A stretch of DNA of 63,359 bases, counting the filler, from Octopus bimaculoides (Eukaryota), in assembly GCF_001194135.2 (NCBI RefSeq). It is 5 parts of 5 records of this genome, joined end to end, with 100 filler letters (N's around TTAATTAATTAA, not from the genome) between each part and the next. Parts side by side here need not be neighbours in the genome. Positions count along the whole stretch, not along the records: positions 1 to 16,442 come from NC_068993.1; 4 more parts are not named here. The stretch is one strand, 5' to 3'. The notes beneath the pieces are model-generated. The model saw nothing but the letters and a program-made list of their open reading frames with translations, did not search any database and was not told where the DNA came from. Shown here in pieces: positions 1-14,511 of this stretch (within the stretch, counting starts at the first letter, position 1; each line of letters opens with the position of its first letter). Both the position numbers and the translations under genes were made by a program.

Positions 1-1007
1 ATATATGTATACATATGTATAGGGTAGTGAGTTTTTTTTAGAAATTCCACTACCAGTGGCCTAGCATGTATAAAAAGTCAATAGACAAAATATTCTCAAT
101 ATAAAATAGTATGCATTTAAGCACAAAAGAAAACTGCCTTCAACAGGCAGTTTTTACACGCTGGAAGAAGCAGTCAAAACGACGAAAACCATATTTAGAG
201 CAATCTTCAAATGGAATGAAAAATAAAAACTGTTGAAGGTAGTTTTCTCTTGTGTTTAAATGTACACTATTTTATAATATATATATATATATGTGTGCGT
301 GTGCGTGCGCGTGTGCGTGTGCGTGTGCGTGTGCGTGTGCCTGTGCGTGTGTGAGTGTGTGAGTGTGTGAGAGAGTGGGGTTTTAGGGCTGAATATAACT
401 ATGCGATCGATGAAGCACAAAGTCCTCTAGAGAGTGCTGTCAAATGTTCCATTTGAATAACACCATGAATATGGTGTAGCTACATATACGAATGATCGGA
501 TGTTCCTAAATGGAAGAAATTTTTCCAACCCTTTCCCTAATACGAACATGGAAAATCTTACCAACTACATCATGATATGAAGCTTTCTGTTACTTTGAGA
601 GAAGTACATTTTGGCTCAGATGATGTTGCTTCAAATATTGTTATCGGGTAACTAAAAAGGGACAGCCAACTTGACCTTATATGAACTTATACCTTATTAT
701 ATTATATTATCTTATATTATATTATATTATATTATGTTATATTATGTTATATTGAAGCTGAATTCAGCACAGGATTTTCTCCCTCACCCATTTTTGTACT
801 CAATGATAATACTCACTATCTATATACATCTGTAAGAGGATACTCTAAATACGAAGCTAAAGTAATTACATTGACAAATATAAGTAAAAAGCGGCCCATT
901 ATATATGTTAAGATAGCTTAAAAGATTTTTGTGGACTTTCCAGAGAAATATACTAACCTATATGCATCTCTTTCTCTCTCTGTACATGTATGTGTGTGTC
1001 TTTGTGC

Positions 1008-1083
<76 letters not shown>

Positions 1084-1826
1084 GTGTATGTGTGTATGGG
1101 GAGGGGCGGTGTGTTTATCCTCATATCTCTCAAACCTATTTGCTTATTGGAGAAATACAGTTAAGCGACAAAATACCTCCTTATATTCAATTAAAGATAT
1201 CTATAAAACCCTTTAGTTTAATGCTGGTAATATTGGAAGGAAAACACATAATAGCAATGTTGGCTATGAAATGATCTCTCAACATTCTGTACAAATTAGT
1301 TTCTATTCTCTTAGGAACTCAAACATATTCAATCTTTATTGAATTCTGATAAGACTGGCACGCTAAGTTAACACTACATTTCTATACACAGATGACCTAT
1401 CGATACCGAAGTGGTTCTGGGAAATAATATATGGGGAAAAAATAATACTATCTAGACAAACATAATCTAATGCTGTTTCTCTTAAAGCTGTTCTGAGATA
1501 TATATTGAAAAACTATCTTATATACAAACTTAATTACAATCAAGAATCGTGTGAGATTTATTAATAGCATATCATTTAAAATTAGTAACATTGACATTGA
1601 AATAATTAATGATCTTGTTTCATTAATCATGCCATAATTGAACGTTCTTTGACTGTAAAGTACAATAACTTATCAAGCTCATAAATACAAAATGTATGGT
1701 AACAGACGAGTATGTTTCACAGAAGCGTTAATGTTATGATAGAGTATTTAATTGGTGGCGCATAGAGATTACCATATATTCACATACACGCACACACGTA
1801 GACGCAGTCATAAATATACACATATA

Positions 1827-1897
<71 letters not shown>

Positions 1898-4709
1898 NNN
1901 NNNNNNNNNNNNNNNNNNNNNNNNNNNNNNNNNNNNNNNNNNNNNNNNNNNNNNNNNNNNNNNNNNNNNNNNNNNNNNNNNNNNNNNNNNNNNNNNNNNN
2001 NNNNNNNNNNNNNNNNNNNNNNNNNNNNNNNNNNNNNNNNNNNNNNNNNNNNNNNNNNNNNNNNNNNNNNNNNNNNNNNNNNNNNNNNNNNNNNNNNNNN
2101 NNNNNNNNNNNNNNNNNNNNNNNNNNNNNNNNNNNNNNNNNNNNNNNNNNNNNNNNNNNNNNNNNNNNNNNNNNNNNNNNNNNNNNNNNNNNNNNNNNNN
2201 NNNNNNNNNNNNNNNNNNNNNNNNNNNNNNNNNNNNNNNNNNNNNNNNNNNNNNNNNNNNNNNNNNNNNNNNNNNNNNNNNNNNNNNNNNNNNNNNNNNN
2301 NNNNNNNNATGTATGTATGTATATGTATGCATATGTATGTACGTATGTATGTATATTATATATGTAATTTCGTATAGCTTCGTTTTGATTTTCAATTTAG
2401 AGAAGATATTAACCGACCATCAACTCGGCAGCAGGGCTTTGAAGGAAAGCTTCTTGTTTTTTTTAATTATCCTGTAAATCTTAAGCAAATCTTTCAGATT
2501 TTTATTTTTCTGAGTATCGTGGTTGTTTGTAAGCGTGTGAATTAAAGGTATTTATTTCCTCTCTAACAACACCAGTTCATCTATGTTTTGCCTCAGACAG
2601 ACTATATATCGTGTTATTCCAATGATCAACATTCAGTAATTGAAAGTGTATCTTGGGTACTGAACTGGGTACTCAAAATCAGTGATCCTTATACGCTATC
2701 TTTCTGTTCATTTTTCTTTTGTGGTCTTGCACAACAATATTCGGCCGTGTTGTGTTTTAATTTGATTACCGTTTGTGGTTTCAGCTCATTGAATATTCTT
2801 TTGACCCATCGGTCTTAATATAGTGAACTTTGCCGCTATTTTCTTATTTCTTATTCTGTTCCTGATTCTTCAGATTACCGCATCATCTGGAAGGCATTCT
2901 TTTTACTTTTATGCTTGCACAACCGACATTTGTTGTTCGTCAGTGTGCCTTGCTTTTTTATGCTGTAACTAGTTGGTGGAGAACTCTTGCATGGAGTTTG
3001 CATTCAAACTAGGATGCCACAAACTTCTTGATGCTCCATGTTATGTCCTCACCACTAGCACCACCACCACAATAACAACAACAACCATCACCACCACCAT
3101 CACCGCCGCCGCACCACCTCCACCAAATCTTCCTCCTCCCCCTCCACCACCACCACCACCACCACCACCACCGTATAAACCTAATTCGACAGACTTTTGA
3201 TCAGCGATAATTTAGTTTTAGCAAGACCTCTTTTTATTAATCTCAGCATATCCATTTTTTTTTTCGTATAACAGGATTTGAGGGATATTTACTTGCTACA
3301 TCTAACTCATCATTTTCCCACGTAAATTGTCCTACGACCAAAAGTCGTGAGATCATAAAATTTTTGCTGGAACTAAACAACCGATAAATCTGTATTTCTG
3401 AAGAGCATTATGCTAACCATTGGTAGGACTCATTTATATTTTATTTAATGATGCTTAGAATTGAATTTATTTTCACAAGTTCAAGAGCCACTTGTCAGTT
3501 TTAGAGATCTATTGCTACTGAAAGGAAGGAAGTTTTTCTATCAAAGAGTAACTTGAAAATCTATGTTGTGCCTCTATTGGTTTGCAGTTGTAATGCACTT
3601 CGTCGTTAGTCATTTCAATATTTCTCTTATAGTGGCGGATTCACCACGATAATATGAACATATGTAAGATTATTAATCTAGCCTATAAAGCAAGCTTATC
3701 GGATTTTCACGAGTTGGTTGCAAGACGTTTTGGACCAAATCTCGAGCTCTCAATTGATCATCCAAGTATTCAGGGTTTGCTCTCAGGTAAAACCAAGTTC
3801 GAAGCAAATTATGGATAAAATTATGAGAAAATAAATTACATTGTTGAGAAATTAAATGAGATTTTATCACGAAATGTATATGGATAATTTATAGGTTCTA
3901 CAAAAGACGCCATTCTTGGTTTAAAAGATTATTTAAATGGTGGTTAATAAAATATCACTGTCGCAAAATTAAAATGTCTGAAATATATTTAGATTAAGAT
4001 TTAATGCTATCAGTTTCAACATGAAATCAATATCAAGATGATATCCATTAAACCAGTTATTTTAGAAGTAAATCTGATGGGATTTTCCTTTTCAAATGCA
4101 TAACAAATTGATATAAGAAAGAAGAAAAAAAGACTGCGTCGTCTATTGTTTTCTTTTTAGTAATTTGTTTTAGAATAAATTTTACAAATAGTTTGTACGT
4201 GCAGGATTGATTGAGATTTTAAAAGAGAAAATATCGACGAACGTTCTTTTAAAATAGAATTCCAGTACATAACTGAAAGAAATTATCATTATCATTGGAA
4301 AGCAAGTAAACTCTGGACGATATTATATATCAAATTAATTAAAACTATAATCACAAAGTCAATCCCGACTTGAAGGACTAAGCATATTGAAATAGAGTTT
4401 AATGCTGTTTAAAAGTATCGTTAGCTCATACCCACGCACAAGCACACACATGTACTCGCACGCTAACGGCTCGCGCACGTAAGCTTACATATGATTGTCT
4501 GAAGAAATAAGGAAGACCTCAATTAATATTCGAAGCTCATAGTTGAAATAACTAATATATATAGTGATTAACACACTCTGGTTTCAATCACTGTAACAAA
4601 ACTAGTGAACATTCTCTAAAATATACTTTTGTGATTTTTCCAAATTTGTCGACATTTTTAACCATGATTTTTTATTTGTATGGACTCCTAACACCTTTTC
4701 AACTATATA

Positions 4710-4756
<47 letters not shown>

Positions 4757-5225
4757 ATGCATATAGGTGTGTATATTGTTTTATTCATTTACTTGTTTCA
4801 GTCATTTCAAAGCGGGCATGCTGGAGCATCACATTTAGTCGAACAAATCGACACCAGGACTTATTCTTTGTAAGCCTAGTACTTATTCTATCGGTCTCTT
4901 TTGCCGTAAACTCACAAACATCGGTTGTCAAGCGATTGTGGGAGTACAAACACAGACACACACACACACATACACGCACACACACACGTATATATGTGTA
5001 TACGGCTAGCTTCTTTCAGTTTCCGTCTACTAAATTCACCCACAAGTATTTAGTTGGCACCAGGCTATAGTTCGGCTAAAAAACCCATAAAATAAGTACC
5101 AGTACTTTAGAAAAGTTCTGGGGTCAATATGTTCGACTACAACCCTTCAAGGCAATGCCTTGTCATAGCAGCTGTCCAATAAGTGAAGGAAGTAAAAGAC
5201 ACACATATACACACACACACACACA

Positions 5226-5271
<46 letters not shown>

Positions 5272-5409
5272 AAGACACACACACGCTCACACACACATAT
5301 ATGCGTGTATATGTGTATGTATGTGTTCCCATTTATCCCATTTATGTACCTATTTGTGTATAAATGCCCATATGCGTATCCATTTTGTGTGTATTGTAAA
5401 TATTGTGCC

Positions 5410-5452
<43 letters not shown>

Positions 5453-5948
5453 ACACACATACACACACACACACAAATATGTCATGTTAAAGTTAAGTTA
5501 GATACGAATAATCAGTTGTGGATGAAATACAATAAAGACCCCTTTTATTTGTCACCAGGCAGATTTAATATAGAGAACAATTAGTTTTCGACTGTGAAAT
5601 GCAATCTTTGATTAATTGCGTTAAATTAAGATATGCAATATTGCTTGATTGCACTGTGTTTACTCTGTAATAGATTACAGCATAAAAATCCGGATACAGC
5701 AAATGCATCAGTCAGTAATTAATCTAACTATCTGTGGAGCGCGCATCACTTATGCAAATTGGAATATCCAGATGATAATCCTTTAATGACAAAGGTTATA
5801 TAATGTTTGTCATTATGGTAAGTTCTAAACGCATAGTTATTTAATAACATCTCAGTAAATAGAGAACACGTATATTTAATCATTTTCACAATTTACGATA
5901 AAATTGTGTAAAAGTGACAGTCATTTCTGGCTGTCTAATGTTTAATGT

Positions 5949-7125
5949 ACATACGTTAAACATTAGACAGAAATATTTTGAAATTCATTATAGCACTTGT
6001 GTATTGGTCTATGTTGCAGCATATAAAAAGTGTATCCAGAAGACTTCAGTGTATCCACTGACTTCAATGCACTTATAGCGATCTAGCCACTTCTTGAAGG
6101 CCCCATGTAAGTCCTCCAAAGTGACAATGTCTTGGATCCTTGTCACGGCTCCCTCCATCTACTCCCTCAACGAAAAGTCACAGTAAAGTTTGGACAGTAG
6201 ATAGGTTGGAGGTAAGATTGTCTGCCCATATTTGTCAAATAGTTGGCTGCCAGGATGGTGCAGGTGCTCTGGCGTTTGCCATTAAATCTTTTCATAAATA
6301 GTCTTCTTTAATCACCTCACCACCTGAGAATATTGGACACATCTTTATCTGAATTTATGTTTCCCTCACACTCCACCAACTCTGAACAACCATTGGTCCA
6401 AATAGTTCCCCAGACCATCATAGAATAGCTGCCGTGTTTCATTGCTGGCTGCAATCTTTAAACATCAAATTCTTGATCACAGTCTCCAGAACAAAACGCG
6501 ACTACTGTCAAGAAATACGACAAATCTGGACTCATCAGAGAATATGACAGTGTTCCAAAATGTTACTGGCATTTCCAACACCCCGCTGCCCCAATAGTTT
6601 CTCCGCTTGATGTTGGCTGGTCGAGGAAGTGGCTTTCTTCTTGATGCTCTGCCGTAAAAACCAAGTTTGTGGCAATACCTGACAGCTGATCTGGAACTGA
6701 CATCAACGTGTTCTGCTATGTCAGCGGCCTTGCAATGAGGATTATCCTCCGCACTTCTCTTAGCAAAGAAAAAAGCCCTGTCAGAAGGCCCTGGTTGATT
6801 TGTGCGAGATGATGTGGACTCCTTCCCCTCTCTGGTAAATTGCACGATCACTCTACTAACAGTAGAAAGTGGGATCCTAAGGTTTTCTGCGATTTTCCGT
6901 TGACTTACTCCACCTTCAGAATGACCTACAATATGATCTCTTTGAGATTCCGACAGTTCCAAGGCTTCTTTTGCACATAGCACGATTACACAGTCACATA
7001 TAGAAACCTGAAACATAAAAATATCAATTGATACAAATATACACATTTACAAGCTAGAATTAGCATAAAACTACGTTTTATGGGCTGTCTATTTACTTGC
7101 TGTCTATTTACTTCTGTCATGTATA
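5949..7125 (-). mobile_element. Decayed Tc1-like DNA transposon
   Basis: ORF 6477-7046 encodes a paired-like HTH (LSESQRDHIVG..GVSQRKIAENLRIPLSTVSRVI), a GRPxx-like linker, GFYGRASRRKPL and the first catalytic motif WNTVIFSDESRF. The downstream region is disrupted. Termini are approximate; there is only weak TACA..TAGACAG similarity between the ends. Confidence 0.85.
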
Positions 7126-9149
7126 TATATATATANNNNNNNNNNNNNNNNNNNNNNNNNNNNNNNNNNNNNNNNNNNNNNNNNNNNNNNNNNNNNNNNN
7201 NNNNNNNNNNNNNNNNNNNNNNNNNNNNNNNNNNNNNNNNNNNNNNNNNNNNNNNNNNNNNNNNNNNNNNNNNNNNNNNNNNNNNNNNNNNNNNNNNNNN
7301 NNNNNNNNNNNNNNNNNNNNNNNNNNNNNNNNNNNNNNNNNNNNNNNNNNNNNNNNNNNNNNNNNNNNNNNNNNNNNNNNNNNNNNNNNNNNNNNNNNNN
7401 NNNNNNNNNNNNNNNNNNNNNNNNNNNNNNNNNNNNNNNNNNNNNNNNNNNNNNNNNNNNNNNNNNNNNNNNNNNNNNNNNNNNNNNNNNNNNNNNNNNN
7501 NNNNNNNNNNNNNNNNNNNNNNNNNNNNNNNNNNNNNNNNNNNNNNNNNNNNNNNNNNNNNNNNNNNNNNNNNNNNNNNNNNNNNNNNNNNNNNNNNNNN
7601 NNNNNNNNNNNNNNNNNNNNNNNNNNNNNNNNNNNNNNNNNNNNNNNNNNNNNNNNNNNNNNNNNNNNNNNNNNNNNNNNNNNNNNNNNNNNNNNNNNNN
7701 NNNNNNNNNNNNNNNNNNNNNNNNNNNNNNNNNNNNNNNNNNNNNNNNNNNNNNNNNNNNNNNNNNNNNNNNNNNNNNNNNNNNNNNNNNNNNNNNNNNN
7801 NNNNNNNNNNNNNNNNNNNNNNNNNNNNNNNNNNNNNNNNNNNNNNNNNNNNNNNNNNNNNNNNNNNNNNNNNNNNNNNNNNNNNNNNNNNNNNNNNNNN
7901 NNNNNNNNNNNNNNNNNNNNNNNNNNNNNNNNNNNNNNNNNNNNNNNNNNNNNNNNNNNNNNNNNNNNNNNNNNNNNNNNNNNNNNNNNNNNNNNNNNNN
8001 NNNNNNNNNNNNNNNNNNNNNNNNNNNNNNNNNNNNNNNNNGTATATATATATATATATATATAATTAATTCAAAAGAACGAAGTAAAACATACAGCAAG
8101 AAAAAACAAGAACGCGAGGACGTCATACATGCAAAGTATTAAAAACGCTGAGGGAAGGAAAGAAAGGTTGTTTAACGTTTCGTGCAAAGCTCTTCTTGAG
8201 AAATAGGAGACAAAGGAATGTCCAAGAGAAAAGGAAGACGGAAGAAAAAAGTCGCCAACGATCTCGGTGTAGTTACATATTGAAATGACCGGAAGGGAAT
8301 GGATGAATAAACAGTCCTTTCTAAGATAGGAGAGTGTAAGAGAAGATATATGTGTGTATGTGTGGGTATGTGCCATCGACGAGTGTGTGTGTGTGTGTAA
8401 TAACATGTATGTGTGTATGTGTGTGCGCGTGTGCGCGCGTATGTGTATGTGGTATTAATTGTTTATACTTGTATGTGTGAGTGATTTTTGTGTCTGTTAA
8501 GGTTGCAGGAAGAATTCAGCAACTAAGGTAACAGAAGTGTCGGTCTTTTCTGTAGTTGTGTGTCTCTTCACATGTTCGTGGAGGGGATGGTCAGTGGAAA
8601 CTTGTCTGACAGACTGTCTGAAGGGTGTTTATGTGTGTGTGTATATATGCGTGTGCGTGCATGTGTATGTTGTGTGCGTGGGGTTATGCGTAGGGTTGTG
8701 TGTGTTCGTGGGAATGTGCGCGGGGTTGTGTCTGTGGAGCTCTATATATGTGCGTTCCTGTATATACATATATATATATATATATATANNNNNNNNNNNN
8801 NNNNNNNNNNNNNNNNNNNNNNNNNNNNNNNNNNNNNNNNNNNNNNNNNNNNNNNNNNNNNNNNNNNNNNNNNNNNNNNNNNNNNNNNNNNNNNNNNNNN
8901 NNNNNNNNNNNNNNNNNNNNNNNNNNNNNNNNNNNNNNNNNNNNNNNNNNNNNNNNNNNNNNNNNNNNNNNNNNNNNNNNNNNNNNNNNNNNNNNNNNNN
9001 NNNNNNNNNNNNNNNNNNNNNNNNNNNNNNNNNNNNNNNNNNNNNNNNNNNNNNNNNNNNNNNNNNNNNNNNNNNNNNNNNNNNNNNNNNNNNNNNNNNN
9101 NNNNNNNNNNNNNNNNNNNNNNNNNNNNNNNNNNNNNNNNNNNNNNNNN

Positions 9150-9185
<36 letters not shown>

Positions 9186-9242
9186 CTGTGTGTATATATA
9201 TCGATGTATGTCAATATAGACTCTCATTCTTTTTGAGAGTGC

Positions 9243-9281
<39 letters not shown>

Positions 9282-9923
9282 TCGTGTATTCTTCTTTAGT
9301 CATCCTCCTACGCTATTCATGTTTCACTGTCATAACTCCCACTACGTTCCATTTCACACAATTTACACGTCTTCATTGGTCCGCAACCAAATCATCTGCG
9401 AACACCATCACCACATCGGAGCTCTGACCATCACACAACGTTCGTACCACCAACTACACTACCACCTCACCACCACCACCACCACCACCACCACCACCAC
9501 CACCACCACNNNNNNNNNNNNNNNNNNNNNNNNNNNNNNNNNNNNNNNNNNNNNNNNNNNNNNNNNNNNNNNNNNNNNNNNNNNNNNNNNNNNNNNNNNN
9601 NNNNNNNNNNNNNNNNNNNNNNNNNNNNNNNNNNGTTAATTGGAAGAATCTCTACTGTTTGGTTATTAGCCTACTGACCAACTTCACATTACTATGCTAC
9701 CTGTCGCTCTTGTTGTTGTTGTTGCTGTAGGTGGTGGTGGTGGTGGTAGTGGTGGTGGTGGTGGTGGTGGTGGTGGTGGTTGTGGTGATGGTTGTGATCT
9801 TATTGCATTTGTTGATGTTGTTGATGTTGATTTGATAATGGTTTTCGTTATTGGTGTTATTTTTGGCATTGCCTGGTTGATGAAAATGATGATGATGATG
9901 ATAATGATGATGATAATGATGAC

Positions 9924-9976
<53 letters not shown>

Positions 9977-10138
9977 GGACGGTGATGATGTTGATCAGCA
10001 TCGTTATCATCATCCTCATCATCATCATCGTCGGATTCGTCTTCGTCGTCGAGATAGTTGCTGTGTTTGGTGTCTGATGGGGCTTGCTCCGGTTCAACTT
10101 ATTATTATTATTATCATCATTATTATTATTATTATCAC

Positions 10139-10223
<85 letters not shown>

Positions 10224-10224
10224 G

Positions 10225-10565
10225 AAGTATGAAGACCAGATATGATTATAGAGGATAAAATAGTATAAGGTGATTAGCAGACTCGATACCAAAGGATTTT
10301 TTTTTAAAAAGAAGTATCCGGATCTAATCACAGAGCTGGAGAGGCCGTGGAAGACCAAGACAATAATTAATCCCATACTAATCGGTGCACTTGGCAAAGT
10401 ACCCCCAAAATCTTCCTAAAAGTCTGAAAGCATTTGGCATTGAAATTCACCTTTATTCAACTTATATTCTTCAATAATCCCAAGGAAGATTCTTCAGATT
10501 TGAGGAACTTTTTGCCACCAAATCAGAAGATAAACACAAGACTAATTAAATTTGCATGTAGTAGC
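10225..10565 (+). mobile_element. R4/Dong-like non-LTR retrotransposon, RLE endonuclease C-terminal fragment
   Basis: Reads RPDMIIEDK (10233) then KKYPDLITELERPWKTKTIINPILIGALGKVP (10309-10404), matching the RPD...KYxDL...W......PIxIGALG motif of restriction-like endonuclease LINEs. Flanked by (ATT)n and (TAA)n arrays. Confidence 0.75.
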
Positions 10566-10595
10566 TTAATAATAATAATGATAATAATAATAATG

Positions 10596-10635
<40 letters not shown>

Positions 10636-10636
10636 C

Positions 10637-10677
<41 letters not shown>

Positions 10678-10711
10678 TAACAACAATAATAATAATAATA
10701 ATAACAATAAC

Positions 10712-10770
<59 letters not shown>

Positions 10771-11300
10771 TAATAATAATAATAATAATAATAACGAAAA
10801 GTACGTACTGTAAGCTTGTTAAGAAAAAAATACGAAGATATGAACGTGCAAAACAATCTGACAACAGAAATAAACNNNNNNNNNNNNNNNNNNNNNNNNN
10901 NNNNNNNNNNNNNNNNNNNNNNNNNNNNNNNNNNNNNNNNNNNNNNNNNNNNNNNNNNNNNNNNNNNNNNNNNNNNNNNNNNNNNNNNNNNNNNNNNNNN
11001 NNNNNNNNNNNNNNNNNNNNNNNNNNNNNNNNNNNNNNNNNNNNNNNNNNNNNNNNNNNNNNNNNNNNNNNNNNNNNNNNCACGCCTATTTCACTGCAGT
11101 ACTCTACCCAAAAAACGAAAACGCAACAACACATACATATAAAACATGGAAAATTGCACTACTGGGTACTGCACACATTCTACGCAAAACACTTTCAATA
11201 CAGTAAACATAAGAGCACCACAGCAAACCACAGCACATACCCAAGGCGCACAGAGCTGCGCTCGGTAGTGAAGTGAAAGCACGTTATAAAAATAAAACTA

Positions 11301-11400
<100 letters not shown>

Positions 11401-12348
11401 GCAGCATTAGTGGTGATGGTGGTGATGGTAGTAGTAATAAATGGATAGTACAGGGTAGATGAGAAGGGAACGCACACAATGCATGAAGAATTGTCACATT
11501 AAAGACCAAATTGAATGATACGATGCTATCTGCAAAGATTTTGTACAGAAGATATTGTCTTAATCAAATAGAATGGGATTTTTGAAGAAAAAGATATTGG
11601 GAACAACATAAGTAAGTGATTTCCGATGCGGAGGTAAAACATAAAGAGAGACAACAACGGCTAACATAGATAGAGAGGTAACTTGCAGCTGTGCTGAAAC
11701 AAAAAGGACGTTGTAACTGGTCTTTACTCGGTGAGAGTGAAGCTGAAATAATATAAAATTTGAAAGGATTAGGCCTGGCTGCTGTTCAAGGTTAGTGACT
11801 GAAACATTTTACACAGTTGCAGGAAAGGAAAGCAGACGACCTTGAATAATGCCATCAGTTGTCGTCGAACAGATTTGGACACAGAACGTAAAAGGTCGTA
11901 AATATATAACACAGGATACATTTTGCACTGCCAGTCTACCAAGATTAGAAATAAATATTTATTTCTTTATTGCCTTCAAGGAGCTAAACATTGAGGGGGC
12001 AAACAAGGATAGACAAAGGGATTAAGTCGATTACATCGACTTCAGTGCATAACGGGTACTTATTTAATCGACCTCGAACGAATGAAGGGCAAAGTCGACC
12101 TCGGCGGAATTTGAACTCATAAGGTCGCGTCAGACGAAATACCGGTAAGCCTTTCGCCCGGCGTCCTATCGACTCTGCCAGTTCGCCGCCTTATTAGCCT
12201 TATTATCCTTATTCGAAAATAAATATAGACTGATTTATACCGTAAATTATCAGAAGTAAAGAACGAAAGTGTGTATGTGTGTGAATGTGTGGGTAAGTGT
12301 GTGCGCGTGTGAATGTGTTTGTATGCGCGCACGTCCGAGTGTTTGCAT

Positions 12349-12404
<56 letters not shown>

Positions 12405-12405
12405 T

Positions 12406-12436
<31 letters not shown>

Positions 12437-14209
12437 GAGAACGAGAGGGTGCAGGAATTTAAAAGAGAATTTTATCGAAGTCTTTATGTCCGGAAAAAAG
12501 GATGACATGCATCTCTCTCTCTCTCTCTCTCTTTACACGCACATACACACATAAACACACACACACACACATACACACACACACACACACACACAAACAC
12601 ACACGTAGCATTCTCAAATATACTGTATATATGTGTGCCTCTTTGCTAGTGTTATTTTTCTCGTGTATCTGTGCGTTTGTGTCAGGGAGAGAGAGAGAGA
12701 GAGGGAGATAAAGAGAGAGAGAGAGAGATAAAGAGAGAGTGATGAAGATTAATTTGAAATAAAATATTTGTCGGTGGTTAGGCGATGTGTGTACGAGAAC
12801 GCAACAGGTTAATAGAAATTTGGTATCTCAAAGAGTATGTGATTGTATCGAGACATAAGAGGGCGGAATGTGTGTGTAGAGGAGATAGCGAGAGAGGGAT
12901 ATGGAGTGAGACGGAGAAAGTAGGAGAGAGAGGCAGGGAGAGAGAGAGAGTAACAAGAGTAAGAGTGGTATATAATGGCTTATATAGAGAGAGGAGAAAG
13001 AGAGAGAGCGATGGGTGTGTATTTTGTATGCATGTTTGAAAGCCAGATATTAAGATTGCCATCTAAATGTGTTTATGGCTGTAAGCGACAGAAGGGATAC
13101 ACATCATTGCGCGCGCATGAGTATGTCTGTGTGTGTGTGTGTGTGTGTGACACAGTATGTCTGTGCGTGTGTTTGACAGAGACAGAAAGACAGGCAAAGC
13201 CTATATAATGATCGTTAGTGACTGTGAGATTGAAAATATTCGATGGCGCTTCAAATGTGTGAGATGTATGTAACAGAGGATATGTGTATTCGTGAGAGCA
13301 TTAATGCATGTCTATGCATAAGTGTGTGTATCTAAAATGGAAAACTATGTTTAAAAGTAGTAACAACCAAATTTGAATATTGTTATCATGAGATCCATTT
13401 TAAAATTACAAACTCCTAGTTTTTTTCTTCTTCTTCTTAAGATACAATAACAATTGCTTGCTTTTTTTCTATTTCTGTTGAATTTTAGTAAATTGTATTT
13501 TTTTCTTTTTTCAATGAGTAATTTTGATGAAGTTTTTTTTTTTAAAGTCTCCCAAGATTGGTCTAGTGGGTTGTAAAATAGAGAATTGGATTTGATGGGG
13601 ATGATTATTGGTGGGAAGAGGGCGATAATAGGAGATGCTTGCGGAATCGATTTAGTGGGATAGTTCCAATCTACCAATGTTTATGGTTATCATTATTTCG
13701 ATTTTTTTTTCTTTTCCCTCGGCTCTTTTCCCTTTAAATAGTCTTTCTCGGGGAAGTGAAAGAGGAGAGCTGTGTCAAGAGCGTTTGCAAGTTCTTCGAG
13801 ACGGGTAAGATCGATGCCATTGCTGTTCAGCTTGCATAAAATGTAGGTCAACAGGTTCTTAGTTCGTCTTCCCTCGACCTCCTAGACGTAACAACATTTC
13901 CCACCAAATTACATTCTAATTTCACTGCACTACACAGAGATCATATAACAGAAAGATGTGATGGGCATGGCTAGAAAGACTTTGATCAGAGAGCAATCCT
14001 AGGCGCAGGCTATATGGTCAAAAACTTGCTTCCCAACCATATTTTTCCGGGTTCAGTCCCACTGCATGGCACTTTGGGCAATCCTTGTTAGTGGGTTTCG
14101 TAGACGGAAACTGAAAGAAGCCCATCTTATATGTATACATGTATATATCTAAATATTATTGAATGACGATGATTCTGAACGTTTGGTTTTATTTTTTCTA
14201 TCGTTTCAG

Positions 14210-14380
14210 TTGTCCTATGCTTCTGTATCGCCAGCTCTTAGCAAGAGGGAAGTGTACAAGACTTTGGTTAGTGTAGCCCAAGCTGACTCATCATACAATG
14301 TCGCAAGGATGTTGTTTATCAAACACTTCAGGTGGGATACCGTTGCTACCATCTACGAAGACATGGAGAAATTTTCACTG
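14210..14380 (+). CDS. Internal coding exon of a GABA-B receptor-like class C GPCR (Venus flytrap domain), most similar to invertebrate GABA-B-R3
   Basis: Acceptor ttttttctatcgtttcAG (AG 14208-14209) and donor GTAAGT at 14381 give 171 nt, phase 0/0. Translation: LSYASVSPALSKREVYKTLVSVAQADSSYNVARMLFIKHFRWDTVATIYEDMEKFSL. It matches the GABA-B pattern LSY/FxSxSPALS...DSSxNxAR..FI..FxWxTVxT, compared from memory with GABBR1/2 and Drosophila GABA-B-R3. Confidence 0.88.
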
Positions 14381-14453
14381 GTAAGTAGAACTGAACAATA
14401 TACACCTGTGACTGTGTGCATGTATATGTATACACACACACATATGCGCACCT

Positions 14454-14511
<58 letters not shown>

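Noticed and set aside
128-200. Hairpin aaaactgcc/ggcagtttt and hammerhead-like CTGGAAGA..GTC aaaac GAC GAAA
   Set aside because: The core has extra nucleotides, and I found no stem III or stem I partner; not supportable as a ribozyme from this copy.
3680-3790. Possible exon (open frame ASLSDFHELVARRFGPNLELSIDHPSIQGLLS ending at CAG/GTAAAA)
   Set aside because: Weak acceptor and no similarity to GABA-B or any family I recognise.
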